DNA of 62,397 nucleotides from contig CAYPLR010000005.1 in NCBI GenBank assembly GCA_964411675.1, positions 1 to 62,397 of the forward strand, read 5' to 3'. This document shows, piece after piece, positions 1 to 9,536 of this stretch. The position numbers were made by a program, and so were the translations under genes. Position 1 is the first letter of the stretch. The number at the start of each line of letters is the position of its first letter. The notes beneath the pieces are model-generated. The model ran no database searches. It was not told where the DNA came from and saw only the letters and a list, made by a program, of their open reading frames with translations. This DNA comes from an uncultured Bacteroidales bacterium. GTDB lineage: Bacteria > Bacillota_I > Bacilli_A > ML615J-28 > CAG-698.

Positions 1-14
1 ACTTTTTCCAGAGT

Positions 15-50
15 AAAAAAAAGACTATTGACTTACTTTGTCAACAGTCT
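15..50 (-). terminator. Intrinsic terminator for pth-mfd
   Basis: On minus strand AGACTGTTGAC/GTCAATAGTCT stem (one G-U pair), 7-nt loop, then U-tract; lies just past the mfd stop. Confidence 0.75.
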
Positions 51-51
51 G

Positions 52-79
52 AGCATCAGCTTAAACTGATGCTTTTTTT
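52..79 (+). terminator. Intrinsic terminator, probably for a convergent + strand gene left of the window
   Basis: AGCATCAG-CTTAAA-CTGATGCT followed by TTTTTT; overlaps the last codons of mfd. Confidence 0.55.
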
Positions 80-3000
80 ATTGGATTTAATTTTTCTAAT
101 AAACCAGACAATTTATAAATCCAAGATTTGTCATATGGCTTTTTATTTATTTTAATAATAATTTGATGATGACGATACTCAAAAGCAAAATCAGAACTGA
201 TATGATAAGCAGTAATAAACAATTCATCTCCTTTAATATTTAGAGAATCTTTTTCTGGAACAATGATTGTTGTTAGATATTTTGCTTCTAAAATATTAGT
301 GATATTAAACTTTTTAAGGAGAGATTCCAAATACTTTTCTTCAATATATAATAAGATTTCAGGATTCAATTTTCCAAATCGATCAGTAAAATCGTCGATG
401 ATTTTTTGCTTGGTTTCTTTTGAATCAATGTTACTAATTTCTTTATGAATTAAAATTTTGATAGCGTCATCAGATACATAGCTTTCATCAACATGTTTAG
501 AAACATCTATTTGGTAAGAAACTTCTTGTTTTTCAGGAATACCTTTGACTTTGTTTACAGCTTCTTCTAATAATTTCATATACATATCGATACCTACAGA
601 ATTAATAAAGCCTGATTGTTCACTACCAAGAATATCACCAGCACCCCGGATCGCTAAGTCTCGCACAGCAATCCGATATCCGCTACCTAAGCGTGTAAAT
701 TCCTTAATTGCTGAAAGTCTTTTAGAGCCTTGAGAAGTCAACACTTTATTGGGTTTATAGGTTAAATAAGCATAAGCGATACGATCACTGCGTCCAACAC
801 GACCCCGGATTTGATAAATTTGAGATAATCCTAAACGATCCGCATCATCAATGATTAACGTGTTAGTATTAGGAATATCGATACCTGTCTCAATAATAGT
901 AGTACATAGAAGTAAATCAAACTCACGATTCACAAAAGCTTCTATGGTATCTTCTAAATCTTCTCTTGCCATTTTTCCATGACCGATGCATACTCTTATT
1001 TCCGGAACAAGGCGCTTTATGCGACGATAAACTTGTTCTAGGTCGCTAATAGTATTGTGTAGGTAAAAAACTTGCCCACCGCGACTCAATTCGCGATAGA
1101 TTGCCTCTTTAATAATAGCATCATTATATTCTAAAACATAAGTTTGAATTGGATAACGATCTTCTGGTGGAGTTTCAATTAAACTTAGTTGTCTAATTCC
1201 CATGATTGCCATTTGTAGTGTTCGTGGGATTGGCGTTGCTGTTAAGGTAAGAACATTGATGTTTACTTTCAATTTTTTTATTTTTTCTTTGTGAATAACA
1301 CCAAATCGTTGTTCTTCATCAACAATCAATAATCCCAAATCTTTAAAAAGAATATCATCACTTAATAGTCGGTGAGTACCAATAACAACATCAATCGTAC
1401 CAGCTTTTAATCCGTTTAGAACAAGGGATTGTTCTTTTGGAGTAACTAGTCGACTTAACAAAGCAACCTTAATACCGTATTTCTCCAGACGATTTTTAAA
1501 GGTATAGTAATGTTGTCTTGTTAATATTGTTGTTGGAGCTAGATAAGCAACTTGCTTACCACCGAAAACAGTTTTGAAAGCAGATCTGATGGCAATTTCT
1601 GTTTTACCAAAACCTACATCTCCACAAACCAATCGATCAATTAGAACACCAGCTTCCATATCGGCTTTTACTTGATTAATAATTTTGATTTGATCTTCTG
1701 TTTCCTCGTATTCAAAATCTTCTTCAAACATCTTTTGAAAATTATTATCAGGAGGGTAAGTAAACCCTTTTTCTGTTTCTCTTTTTACTTGGACTTCGAT
1801 CAAGTCTTTGGCGATCGTTTCCAATTTTTCTCTAATAGTAGCTTTTTTCTTTTCCCACTCATTAGTACCTAATTTGGTCAATTTAGGAATACTTCCTTCA
1901 CCACCCTGATACTTTTCAAGGAGAACAATTTTCTCTACAGGAATAAAAAGTTCCATGTTTTCATATTGTAACTTTAGATAATCATTACGAAGCCCGTTTA
2001 ATTCGACTGTTTTTAAACCTACATAACGACCAATACCATAATCATAGTGAACAACAAAGTCGCCAATGGTTAAATCTTCCTTTGAATTGATTGCAACAAC
2101 ATTTTGTATGGCACTTCGATATCTTGTCTTTTTTAAAGCTGGAGTTTTAAAAATTTCAGTATCTGTTATTACCTCAATATCATTATAGAAACCATAACCT
2201 AATATCGACTGTGTATGAATCAAATTAATATGACTTTTTTCTAATTGAGAAAAATCTTCAATGATATTAGAAATAAGCGAACGTTCTTTTAAAATGTCAA
2301 ACAATAAACTAACTTTTTCTTTAGATTCAAGCGCTAAAACATAGGTTTTTTGTGGATTAGCAGCTAAATCAGCACATAGAGTGGGAATATCGTTTTGATA
2401 ATTAACAACGGAATAGCCATTAAAATCAAACAAATCATCTAACCTTATATTAGGAAGGGTTTTTTTAAATTCACTGGTGTGAACTTGTTTATTTGCTGTG
2501 TAAAAAATATTTGGTAAATCAAAAAAGTAGAATAAATCTAATCTTTTAGGAACCTGAATTGATTCCAAATAATTATCTAAGTCAGAACTTAATTGTTTAA
2601 AGTTTTCCTCTATTTTTTGATAATCATCGTAAAAAACAATTTTTTGATCAAGATACTCTAAAAAGCAGCAATAATCATTACTAATATATTTGATGTATTT
2701 AGCCATCTTTTCAACATTCTCATAATTTTCCAAATCTTGGATATCATTAGTAACAAAACTAGGGATTTCATCACAGTCTTTCGTGATGGCATCAATGATT
2801 TCTTGTGGTGATTTACTAAAGATGATTTCATTCAAAGGATAAATTTCAAAGGATTCTATTGTTGACGTGGTTTTTTGAGTTGTTAAGTCAAAAAACTTTA
2901 ACGTTTCAATTTCAATATCAAATAAATTGATTCGTATTGGCTGAGAATATCCACTAGAAAAAACATCGATAATCTCCCCACGAACACTAAATTCACCACT

Positions 3001-3510
3001 TGCTGTTGTAGTAGGAGTACGTTTATAACCCATTGTCACTAAATGATTGATGAATTCTTGAGGAATTAAAGGGTCATTAATTTTTAATTTGATTACTGAA
3101 TTAGCCCACAAATCTTTATTGATTAGGGGCTTTAATAAAGCAGCTGTATGCGTTACAATGATTTTTGGTTCATGATTAACAATGCTTTTTAAGGTGTTTA
3201 ATCGTTCTACTTTAAAGTCATTACTGATAGCAGCAACTTCTAATGCGAGAAATTCATCAACCACATAAAGATTGATATTATCTTGTCCGGCAATATGGCA
3301 AAAAGCTTCATAGGCGAGATTTGCTTGATAAACATTATTAGCTACGTAAACGACAAAAGAACCACTTTTTATATAAGTGGCATATGTTAGAAGATAATTA
3401 TGGTTTTTTGCAACTCCTGTTAGAAAAAAGTTGAACTTTTCCTGTTTTGTTGCTTCTAAAAAAGAGGAAACTGTAGGGTTTTTTGTGAAAAGCGAGTAAA
3501 CGTTATTCAT
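61..3510 (-). CDS. mfd: Transcription-repair coupling factor Mfd
   Basis: 1149 aa; UvrB-like region (GEFSVRGEIIDVF), CarD/RID domain (VVHYDYGIGRY), SF2 helicase motifs GDVGFGKTE, DEEQRFG, TATPIPRT, QIRGRVGRS; downstream of pth as in Bacillota. Confidence 0.98.
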   Translation of the reverse strand: MNNVYSLFTKNPTVSSFLEATKQEKFNFFLTGVAKNHNYLLTYATYIKSGSFVVYVANNVYQANLAYEAFCHIAGQDNINLYVVDEFLALEVAAISNDFKVERLNTLKSIVNHEPKIIVTHTAALLKPLINKDLWANSVIKLKINDPLIPQEFINHLVTMGYKRTPTTTASGEFSVRGEIIDVFSSGYSQPIRINLFDIEIETLKFFDLTTQKTTSTIESFEIYPLNEIIFSKSPQEIIDAITKDCDEIPSFVTNDIQDLENYENVEKMAKYIKYISNDYCCFLEYLDQKIVFYDDYQKIEENFKQLSSDLDNYLESIQVPKRLDLFYFFDLPNIFYTANKQVHTSEFKKTLPNIRLDDLFDFNGYSVVNYQNDIPTLCADLAANPQKTYVLALESKEKVSLLFDILKERSLISNIIEDFSQLEKSHINLIHTQSILGYGFYNDIEVITDTEIFKTPALKKTRYRSAIQNVVAINSKEDLTIGDFVVHYDYGIGRYVGLKTVELNGLRNDYLKLQYENMELFIPVEKIVLLEKYQGGEGSIPKLTKLGTNEWEKKKATIREKLETIAKDLIEVQVKRETEKGFTYPPDNNFQKMFEEDFEYEETEDQIKIINQVKADMEAGVLIDRLVCGDVGFGKTEIAIRSAFKTVFGGKQVAYLAPTTILTRQHYYTFKNRLEKYGIKVALLSRLVTPKEQSLVLNGLKAGTIDVVIGTHRLLSDDILFKDLGLLIVDEEQRFGVIHKEKIKKLKVNINVLTLTATPIPRTLQMAIMGIRQLSLIETPPEDRYPIQTYVLEYNDAIIKEAIYRELSRGGQVFYLHNTISDLEQVYRRIKRLVPEIRVCIGHGKMAREDLEDTIEAFVNREFDLLLCTTIIETGIDIPNTNTLIIDDADRLGLSQIYQIRGRVGRSDRIAYAYLTYKPNKVLTSQGSKRLSAIKEFTRLGSGYRIAVRDLAIRGAGDILGSEQSGFINSVGIDMYMKLLEEAVNKVKGIPEKQEVSYQIDVSKHVDESYVSDDAIKILIHKEISNIDSKETKQKIIDDFTDRFGKLNPEILLYIEEKYLESLLKKFNITNILEAKYLTTIIVPEKDSLNIKGDELFITAYHISSDFAFEYRHHQIIIKINKKPYDKSWIYKLSGLLEKLNPIKKASV

Positions 3511-4069
3511 TTTTATTATACCTATTCATGAAGTTTTCAAAAGTATGAGTCAAATATGTATTAATTATTTCACTGGCTTTTTCCATGACCAACGAGATGG
3601 TAATTCCATCCTCTTTAGAAAACTTTCCTAAAACAAAATCAGCTGCATCAAGAGAACCATTTTGATTGATTCCTATTCTTAAGCGTTTCACTTCTGTTGT
3701 TTTTAGAATTTCAAGGATGCTCTTCATCCCTTTTTGACCGCCAGAGGAGCCATTAGGTCTAATTCTAATTTTTCCTAGAGGTAAATCCAAATCATCATAA
3801 ACAACAAGAATATCATTACTATCAATTTGAAAATATTTACTTACTAAATTAACAGCTTCACCAGATAAATTCATATAGGTTTGTGGCTTTATGACTAATA
3901 CTTTTTCATTATTAATCACTATTGTTGCGATTTCTGATTTTAGTGGTTTGTTCAATAAAAACTTTTCCTTGTTTTGTTTTACTAGTTCATCAACAAACAT
4001 AAAGCCAATATTATGCCTTGTTTTTTTATATTTTAAGCCTGGATTTCCCAAACCAACAATCAATTTCAT
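3503..4069 (-). CDS. pth: Peptidyl-tRNA hydrolase
   Basis: MKLIVGLGNPG..Y..TRHNIGF, KPQTYMNLSGEAV, YDDLDLPLG.IR motifs. Confidence 0.98.
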   Translation of the reverse strand: MKLIVGLGNPGLKYKKTRHNIGFMFVDELVKQNKEKFLLNKPLKSEIATIVINNEKVLVIKPQTYMNLSGEAVNLVSKYFQIDSNDILVVYDDLDLPLGKIRIRPNGSSGGQKGMKSILEILKTTEVKRLRIGINQNGSLDAADFVLGKFSKEDGITISLVMEKASEIINTYLTHTFENFMNRYNKNE

Positions 4070-4116
4070 AAGCTAAAGCTCCTTGTATTCATTTTAATAA
4101 TATAGGATATAGAATA

Positions 4117-4959
4117 TTATTTATCTTGTAATTTTTTTTGAATTTGATAACAGATTAAAACATTTTCTAATAAACTAGCAATAGTCATTGGACCAATCCC
4201 TTTTGGAACAGGAGTAATGTAACTTGCGATTGGAGAAACTTCATCATATTTCACATCGCCGATTAGTTTTCCTTCTATTTTATTCATACCAATGTCGATT
4301 ACAACAGCATCTTTTTTAACCATATCAGCAGTGATAAAATTAGGTATTCCAACAGCAACAGCTAAAATGTCAGCTCTTTTTGTAATTTCTTTTAGATTAG
4401 TAGTTTTTGAATGGGCGATGGTAACAGTAGCGTTGTTTTGTAGGAAAAGTAAGGCAAGAGGTTTCCCAACAAGACGACTTCGACCGACCATAACTACATT
4501 TTTCCCAGGAATGTCGATATAATTCTTTTTTAAAATAGAAATGACTCCCTTTGGAGTGGCAGGGACAATCGTCTCCTCACCAGCAAGAAGTTTTCCTTGA
4601 TTGACGATTGTTAGTCCATCAACATCCTTATTAGGATCAATTGTATTTAATATAATATCAGCATCAATATGAGAAGGAAGAGGCATTTGTACCAAAATTC
4701 CATGAATGTTTGGATTTTTATTGCAATCTTCAATTAATTTTATTAGTTCTTTTTGGGTAATTGTGTCGTTTAAAAAATGAGAATCTACCAAGATCCCTGC
4801 ATCATCGCAAGCTTTTAATTTTTTATTGACATAGACAATACTAGCAGGATCTTGCCCAATAAGAAAAATAGATAAAGTTATTTTATCTTCAATATCAGCA
4901 ACTTCTTTTGAAATTCGTAAAGTAATCATATCAGCAGTCTTTTTTCCATCTAAAATCAT
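4117..4959 (-). CDS. folD: Bifunctional methylene-THF dehydrogenase/cyclohydrolase
   Basis: YVNKK, HGILVQMPLP, KDVDGL, PATPKG, VGRSRLVGKP, ITPVPKGIGPMT motifs. Confidence 0.97.
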   Translation of the reverse strand: MILDGKKTADMITLRISKEVADIEDKITLSIFLIGQDPASIVYVNKKLKACDDAGILVDSHFLNDTITQKELIKLIEDCNKNPNIHGILVQMPLPSHIDADIILNTIDPNKDVDGLTIVNQGKLLAGEETIVPATPKGVISILKKNYIDIPGKNVVMVGRSRLVGKPLALLFLQNNATVTIAHSKTTNLKEITKRADILAVAVGIPNFITADMVKKDAVVIDIGMNKIEGKLIGDVKYDEVSPIASYITPVPKGIGPMTIASLLENVLICYQIQKKLQDK

Positions 4960-5067
4960 AAAGCACCTCTTTCAACTATTATCTTATCTACTATATTATA
5001 CAATAAGAATTACAAAAATTCTATTTATTTTTTATCGTTTTTAAGGTATAATGGAAAAGGTAACATC

Positions 5068-5141
5068 GCTCCTATAGTTTAATGGCAAAATAAAGCAATG
5101 GTAATGCTTAGATCCAAGTTCGATTCTCGGTAGGAGCACCA
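5068..5141 (+). tRNA. tRNA-Thr(GGT)
   Basis: Cloverleaf: acceptor GCTCCTA/TAGGAGC, D-loop with GG, anticodon stem AAGCA/TGCTT with loop ATGGTAA, T-loop TTCGATT, encoded CCA end; G1-C72/C2-G71 Thr identity pairs. Confidence 0.95.
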
Positions 5142-5180
5142 TATTTTCAAACGGAAACATTTTTAATTTTAGGAGTTAAA

Positions 5181-6383
5181 ATGAACTACACTCTAACCCA
5201 AAAAGAAGCAAAAAAATTTATGCTTTTAAATCAAGGACTTCTTGGTGACTATTATTTTATTGGTAAACAAGGAATTTTAGAATATCTAGATAAGACAAGT
5301 TGTATTCAATATGATCCTGTTGATGTTTGTGGTAAGAATGCAGAACTCGTTCTTCAAGCTCGAATAAAAGGCTTTAAAAAAGAGATGCTTTATGAGTTGC
5401 TGTATGAGGATCGTAAACTAATTGAATATTTTGATAAGAATCTATCCATTATAAAGATGGAAGACTTACAAAGTTTAAAACGGATTAAACAGTCTTATTG
5501 GGATGAGTCTAGTAATGAAGAGATTGCAAAAGTAAAAGAGCAAATCTTAATTAAGGTAAAAGAACAAGGGTACATTAGCTCTAAAGATCTTGAATTCAAT
5601 CAAAAAATAAATTGGTACTGGATGTCCTCAAGATTATCAAAAGTAGCTTTAGAGGATATGTATTATCATGGTGAATTAGTAATCCACCATCGCAAAGGAA
5701 CAATAAGATACTTTTCTCTTCCTTGTCAAGTGCTACCCTCATCAATTCTTAATGGAAAAGATGAATTTGAAGACGAATTTGCATTTCAAAAATGGCGAGT
5801 GTTAAGAAGAATCAAAACAGTAGGATTATTATGGAATAAACCGAGTGATGCTTTTTTGGGAATAAAAGCGATTAAAGCAGAAGAAAGAAAAAAGATATAT
5901 CAATCTTTACTCGATGAAAATAAAATTTTAGAAATAAAAATTGAAGGAATCAATGATAGTTTTTATATCGATAGAGAAGCTATTACTATTTTAGAAGAAG
6001 CAAAATCAAATACAGAATACAAACAAAGACTCGAATTTTTAGCTCCTCTTGATGGAATGATTTGGGATCGGAAGATTATTAACAAACTTTTTGATTTTGA
6101 TTATCATTGGGAAATTTATACTCCTGAAGAAAAGCGAGTATATGGCTATTACGTTTTACCAATCTTATTAAATGAAAATTTAGTTGGTAGAATTGAAATG
6201 ACGTGTATGAGAAAAGAAAGCAAACTACTAGTAAAAAATATTTGGTTTGAAAAAGGAATTCAACTAAAAGCAAAAGAAAGAAAATTACTATTTGATAGAA
6301 TTGAAAAATTTTCAACTTTTAATGGAATGGAAAAAATAGAATTCTCAGAAAACTTTAACAATAAAATGTTGAAAAAAAGATAA
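5181..6383 (+). CDS. ycaQ: YcaQ/AlkZ-family (HTH_42) crosslink-repair DNA glycosylase
   Basis: QxD motif (IQYDP), FLAPLDGMIWDR..LFDFDYHWEIYTP.EKR.YGYYVLPIL; SD AGGAG. Confidence 0.85.
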   Translation: MNYTLTQKEAKKFMLLNQGLLGDYYFIGKQGILEYLDKTSCIQYDPVDVCGKNAELVLQARIKGFKKEMLYELLYEDRKLIEYFDKNLSIIKMEDLQSLKRIKQSYWDESSNEEIAKVKEQILIKVKEQGYISSKDLEFNQKINWYWMSSRLSKVALEDMYYHGELVIHHRKGTIRYFSLPCQVLPSSILNGKDEFEDEFAFQKWRVLRRIKTVGLLWNKPSDAFLGIKAIKAEERKKIYQSLLDENKILEIKIEGINDSFYIDREAITILEEAKSNTEYKQRLEFLAPLDGMIWDRKIINKLFDFDYHWEIYTPEEKRVYGYYVLPILLNENLVGRIEMTCMRKESKLLVKNIWFEKGIQLKAKERKLLFDRIEKFSTFNGMEKIEFSENFNNKMLKKR

Positions 6384-6402
6384 ATATTTTTGGGGTGATG
6401 GA

Positions 6403-7365
6403 ATGAAAAAAGGAATGTTGTTTTATTTACTTTTTTGTTTGTGTTTCATAATTAGCGGATGCAAAACAAAAGAGACAGAGTATTTCTATCAGGAAGAAAA
6501 TATTGTTGTGACAACAGATGAGTTTGAGTTGCCAGGAATACTTACCATTCCTGAAGTAAAAGGTGTCGTTCCAGCGGTAGTTTTGGTTCACGGTTCTGGT
6601 CCAAGCAATATGAATGAAGCCATTGGAGCGTTAGAACCCTTTGAAGATTTGGCACAAGAATTGGCGAAAAAAGGAATTGCTTCCATTCGATACCACAAAA
6701 GAACCTTTGTTTATGGTTCCACAATAGCTAATGATTATAATTTTACAATATATGATGAAGTGATTGATGATGTACTTTCAGCAATCAATATATTACGAGC
6801 GGATGAAAGAATAGATAGCGATAATCTCTTCCTTATAGGACACTCTATGGGAGGTCAATTAGCACCAATCATTCTTAATATTGATAAGAACATGAAAGGA
6901 GCGATACTCCTAGCAGGAACAACAGAACATATGATTGATGTTGTGATGAGACAACTGCAAGAACAAGAAAGTTCTTATTATGATACTTACTTACCTTATT
7001 ATGAATATTTTAGAAACTTAAAAGAAGTTGTCCCAGGAGAAGAAGGTTACTTTTATATGGGAGCTTATGAAGCATATTGGGCTAGCTATAACAATCTCGA
7101 ATTACAAACAGAGGTTATCGAAGCATCCGAGTATTATTCATTATTGATTATGCAAGGGGGACAAGATCTGCAAGTACCAAAAACAACACTGGATGATTAT
7201 AAAAATTTATTAGTAGGAAAAGAAAATGTTCAATATAAATATTATGAAGAATTGAATCATTGCTTTGTATATGGAGTTGGAGAAAATATCAATACAGCCT
7301 ATCTAATTAGAAGAAAAATACCAACAGAAGTCATTGATGATATCGTAAATTTCATCAAAAAATGA
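6403..7365 (+). CDS. Alpha/beta hydrolase lipoprotein
   Basis: Lipobox IISGC, VHGSGP oxyanion motif, GHSMGG nucleophile elbow, QGGQD acid, LNH His. Confidence 0.85.
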   Translation: MKKGMLFYLLFCLCFIISGCKTKETEYFYQEENIVVTTDEFELPGILTIPEVKGVVPAVVLVHGSGPSNMNEAIGALEPFEDLAQELAKKGIASIRYHKRTFVYGSTIANDYNFTIYDEVIDDVLSAINILRADERIDSDNLFLIGHSMGGQLAPIILNIDKNMKGAILLAGTTEHMIDVVMRQLQEQESSYYDTYLPYYEYFRNLKEVVPGEEGYFYMGAYEAYWASYNNLELQTEVIEASEYYSLLIMQGGQDLQVPKTTLDDYKNLLVGKENVQYKYYEELNHCFVYGVGENINTAYLIRRKIPTEVIDDIVNFIKK

Positions 7366-7374
7366 ATAAAATAC

Positions 7375-7418
7375 AACTGGTAAACGAGAAAACACAAATC
7401 GTAATTACCAGTTTTTTT
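7375..7418 (+). terminator. Intrinsic terminator
   Basis: AACTGGTAA/TTACCAGTT stem plus T-tract after the hydrolase gene. Confidence 0.65.
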
Positions 7419-7436
7419 AATAGTTTCTAGGAAAAA

Positions 7437-7465
7437 TTGTTTTAAAAATGTAAATATGTTATAAT
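7437..7465 (+). promoter_or_regulatory. Sigma-A promoter
   Basis: TTGTTT-17 nt-TATAAT with extended -10 TG. Confidence 0.6.
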
Positions 7466-7487
7466 GAATGCACGATAGAGGAGTTTT

Positions 7488-8027
7488 ATGAAAATTCAAA
7501 TATGTGGTTATTCAGGAAGTGGAAAATCAACTTTTGCAAAGAAATTGAAAGAAATTTACAAAATTGAAATTTTACACCTAGATACGGTTCATTTTTCTGA
7601 AGGATGGGTAGAACGTTCCAATGAAGAAATGGAGATAGATGTTAGGAAATTCATGAATCAAGAAGACTGGATTATTGATGGTAATTATACTAAGGTTGTT
7701 CCTGAGCGATTTGATGAATGTGATCAGTTATTTTATTTTAATTTTAATCGGTTTACATGCTTAATTAATGCAGTAAAAAGATACGTAAAATATCGCCATA
7801 AAACAAGAGAAGATATCGCAGATGGATGTATAGAAAAGCTTGATTTTGAATTTATCAAATGGATTTTATATGAGGGTCGTAAACGAAGACAACAGCTTTG
7901 GAAAAAGAGGATAAAAGAAGTCTACCAAGAAAAAGCAATCTTTTTTAAAAACCAAAAACAAGTGAATGAGTATTTAAAAAAAATAATAGCAGGAGGAAAA
8001 GCGAATGATTGCAGCAATTGTATATAA
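7488..8027 (+). CDS. FlaR-like (topology modulation) P-loop kinase
   Basis: GYSGSGKST Walker A, LHLD...W, WIIDGNY motifs. Confidence 0.8.
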   Translation: MKIQICGYSGSGKSTFAKKLKEIYKIEILHLDTVHFSEGWVERSNEEMEIDVRKFMNQEDWIIDGNYTKVVPERFDECDQLFYFNFNRFTCLINAVKRYVKYRHKTREDIADGCIEKLDFEFIKWILYEGRKRRQQLWKKRIKEVYQEKAIFFKNQKQVNEYLKKIIAGGKANDCSNCI

Positions 8028-8523
8028 ATCTAACACAGGATTTACTGAAAGATATGCAATGATGTTAGCGGAAGCTACAGGATTAAAAGTTGTGGCTTTA
8101 TCAGAAATAAAAAATGTAATAAAACCGAAAGCGGAAATTATTTATTTGGGCTGGCTTTTTGCAGGGATGATTTCAGGGCTAAACAAAGTTCGAAATAAAT
8201 ATAAAATCAAAGCAATAGGAGCCATTGGGTTATCAGGATATAATGAAGAATATCAAGAAATGGTAAAAAAACAAAATAAGATAGATGAAATACCTCTATT
8301 CTATCTACCAGGAGGTATCGATAGGGAAAAGCAAAAAGGTTTCAACAAATGGTTATTTAATCTTGTAGTTCAAATGTCAATCAAGGAAATGAATAAAAAG
8401 CCCGAGTCTGAAATTACAGAAGATGAAATTAAAAGAGTATACTATATGCAACATGGATGTGATTTTGTATCGATTGATCATTTAAAAGACTTCATTCATT
8501 GGTATGAAGAAAAGAAAGAATAG
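8005..8523 (+). CDS. Flavodoxin-domain protein
   Basis: IVYKSNTGFTERYAMMLA FMN-binding loop; YLGWLFAGMISGL. Confidence 0.7.
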   Translation: MIAAIVYKSNTGFTERYAMMLAEATGLKVVALSEIKNVIKPKAEIIYLGWLFAGMISGLNKVRNKYKIKAIGAIGLSGYNEEYQEMVKKQNKIDEIPLFYLPGGIDREKQKGFNKWLFNLVVQMSIKEMNKKPESEITEDEIKRVYYMQHGCDFVSIDHLKDFIHWYEEKKE

Positions 8524-8533
8524 TGACAAAACA

Positions 8534-8555
8534 AAGAGAGGGTGACCCTCTTTTT
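8534..8555 (+). terminator. Intrinsic terminator
   Basis: AGAGGG-TGA-CCCTCT followed by TTTT. Confidence 0.6.
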
Positions 8556-8566
8556 AAATTTTTATA

Positions 8567-8595
8567 TTGAATTAATTGAAAAATAGGAATATAAT
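8567..8595 (+). promoter_or_regulatory. Sigma-A promoter of dapF
   Basis: TTGAAT-17 nt-TATAAT. Confidence 0.6.
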
Positions 8596-8628
8596 ATTTG
8601 ATGGTTTAAGAATAGAAGCAGGTGAAGT

Positions 8629-9444
8629 ATGTATAGTAAATATCATGGGTGTGGAAATGACTTTATTGTTGGAATATATAATGAAAATATCGATTATACG
8701 AAGTTTGCTCAAAAAGTATGTAATCGTAACACGGGGATTGGCGCTGATGGATTGCTAATTGCAAAGACAGATGAAAACAAAGAAATCGAAATGATGTTTT
8801 ATAATGCTGATGGTTCAAGGGCTCCAATGTGTGGAAATGGAATCAGATGTTTTGCTTATTTTTGTTTAAGAGAAAAATTAGTCGACAGCAATGAATTCAA
8901 AATAAATACCTTATCAGGTAAAATGGGAATCAAAGTATTATCCCGCGAGCCATTTATAGGCGAAATTAATTTAGGAAAGCCTAATTTTTCTAGTAAAGCC
9001 CTAGACATCAACACAAGCAAAGAAACATTTCTAAATGAAGTTATTATGATTAACGGTTGGAAAATTAAAGTTGATGCTGTTTACATGGCAACTCATCATT
9101 TAGTGGTTGTTGTTGAAGATTTAAAAGAAATTGTTAATAGTGACTTAGGTGAAAAATTATCTAAGCATAAAATATTTACCAAAGGAATTAATGTAAACTT
9201 CGTACAAGTTGTTAATAGCAAAGAAATTATCATGAGAACATATGAAAGAGGGGTGGGCTGGACTTTGGCCTGTGGAACAGGAGCGTCTGCTTGTTTTGTT
9301 GTCCTGAATCAAAAGGGATTGTGCGACAATAAAATAGAAGTAAACTTAGAACTTGGGAAAATAAAAATCAGTTATAATGAGAATAAAGAAGTTTTAATGG
9401 AAGGTCCTGCCGTTTGTATTGCTCATAATTTTGAAGTAGATTAA
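8629..9444 (+). CDS. dapF: Diaminopimelate epimerase
   Basis: HGCGNDF, GIGADG, NADGS..MCGNGIRC, ERGVGWTLACGTGA; both catalytic Cys present. Confidence 0.93.
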   Translation: MYSKYHGCGNDFIVGIYNENIDYTKFAQKVCNRNTGIGADGLLIAKTDENKEIEMMFYNADGSRAPMCGNGIRCFAYFCLREKLVDSNEFKINTLSGKMGIKVLSREPFIGEINLGKPNFSSKALDINTSKETFLNEVIMINGWKIKVDAVYMATHHLVVVVEDLKEIVNSDLGEKLSKHKIFTKGINVNFVQVVNSKEIIMRTYERGVGWTLACGTGASACFVVLNQKGLCDNKIEVNLELGKIKISYNENKEVLMEGPAVCIAHNFEVD

Positions 9445-9476
9445 ACAATATGTAACAACCATGGAATTGTTTTAGA

Positions 9477-9505
9477 TTGAAAAAAGTAAAACATTGTGGT
9501 ATAAT
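9477..9505 (+). promoter_or_regulatory. Sigma-A promoter of degV-fba
   Basis: TTGAAA-17 nt-TATAAT with extended -10 TG. Confidence 0.7.
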
Positions 9506-9536
9506 GTTTTAGGTTAACAACTAAGGAGGAAAATTA

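Noticed and set aside
5098-5128. A32 and an A-C mismatch in the T-stem of tRNA-Thr as signs of a pseudo-tRNA
   Set aside because: As I recall, A32 also occurs in Bacillus tRNA-Thr(GGU); one T-stem mismatch is tolerated and all other conserved positions and the CCA end are intact
5120-8555. Integrative element inserted at tRNA-Thr
   Set aside because: No integrase and no duplicated tRNA 3' end were seen
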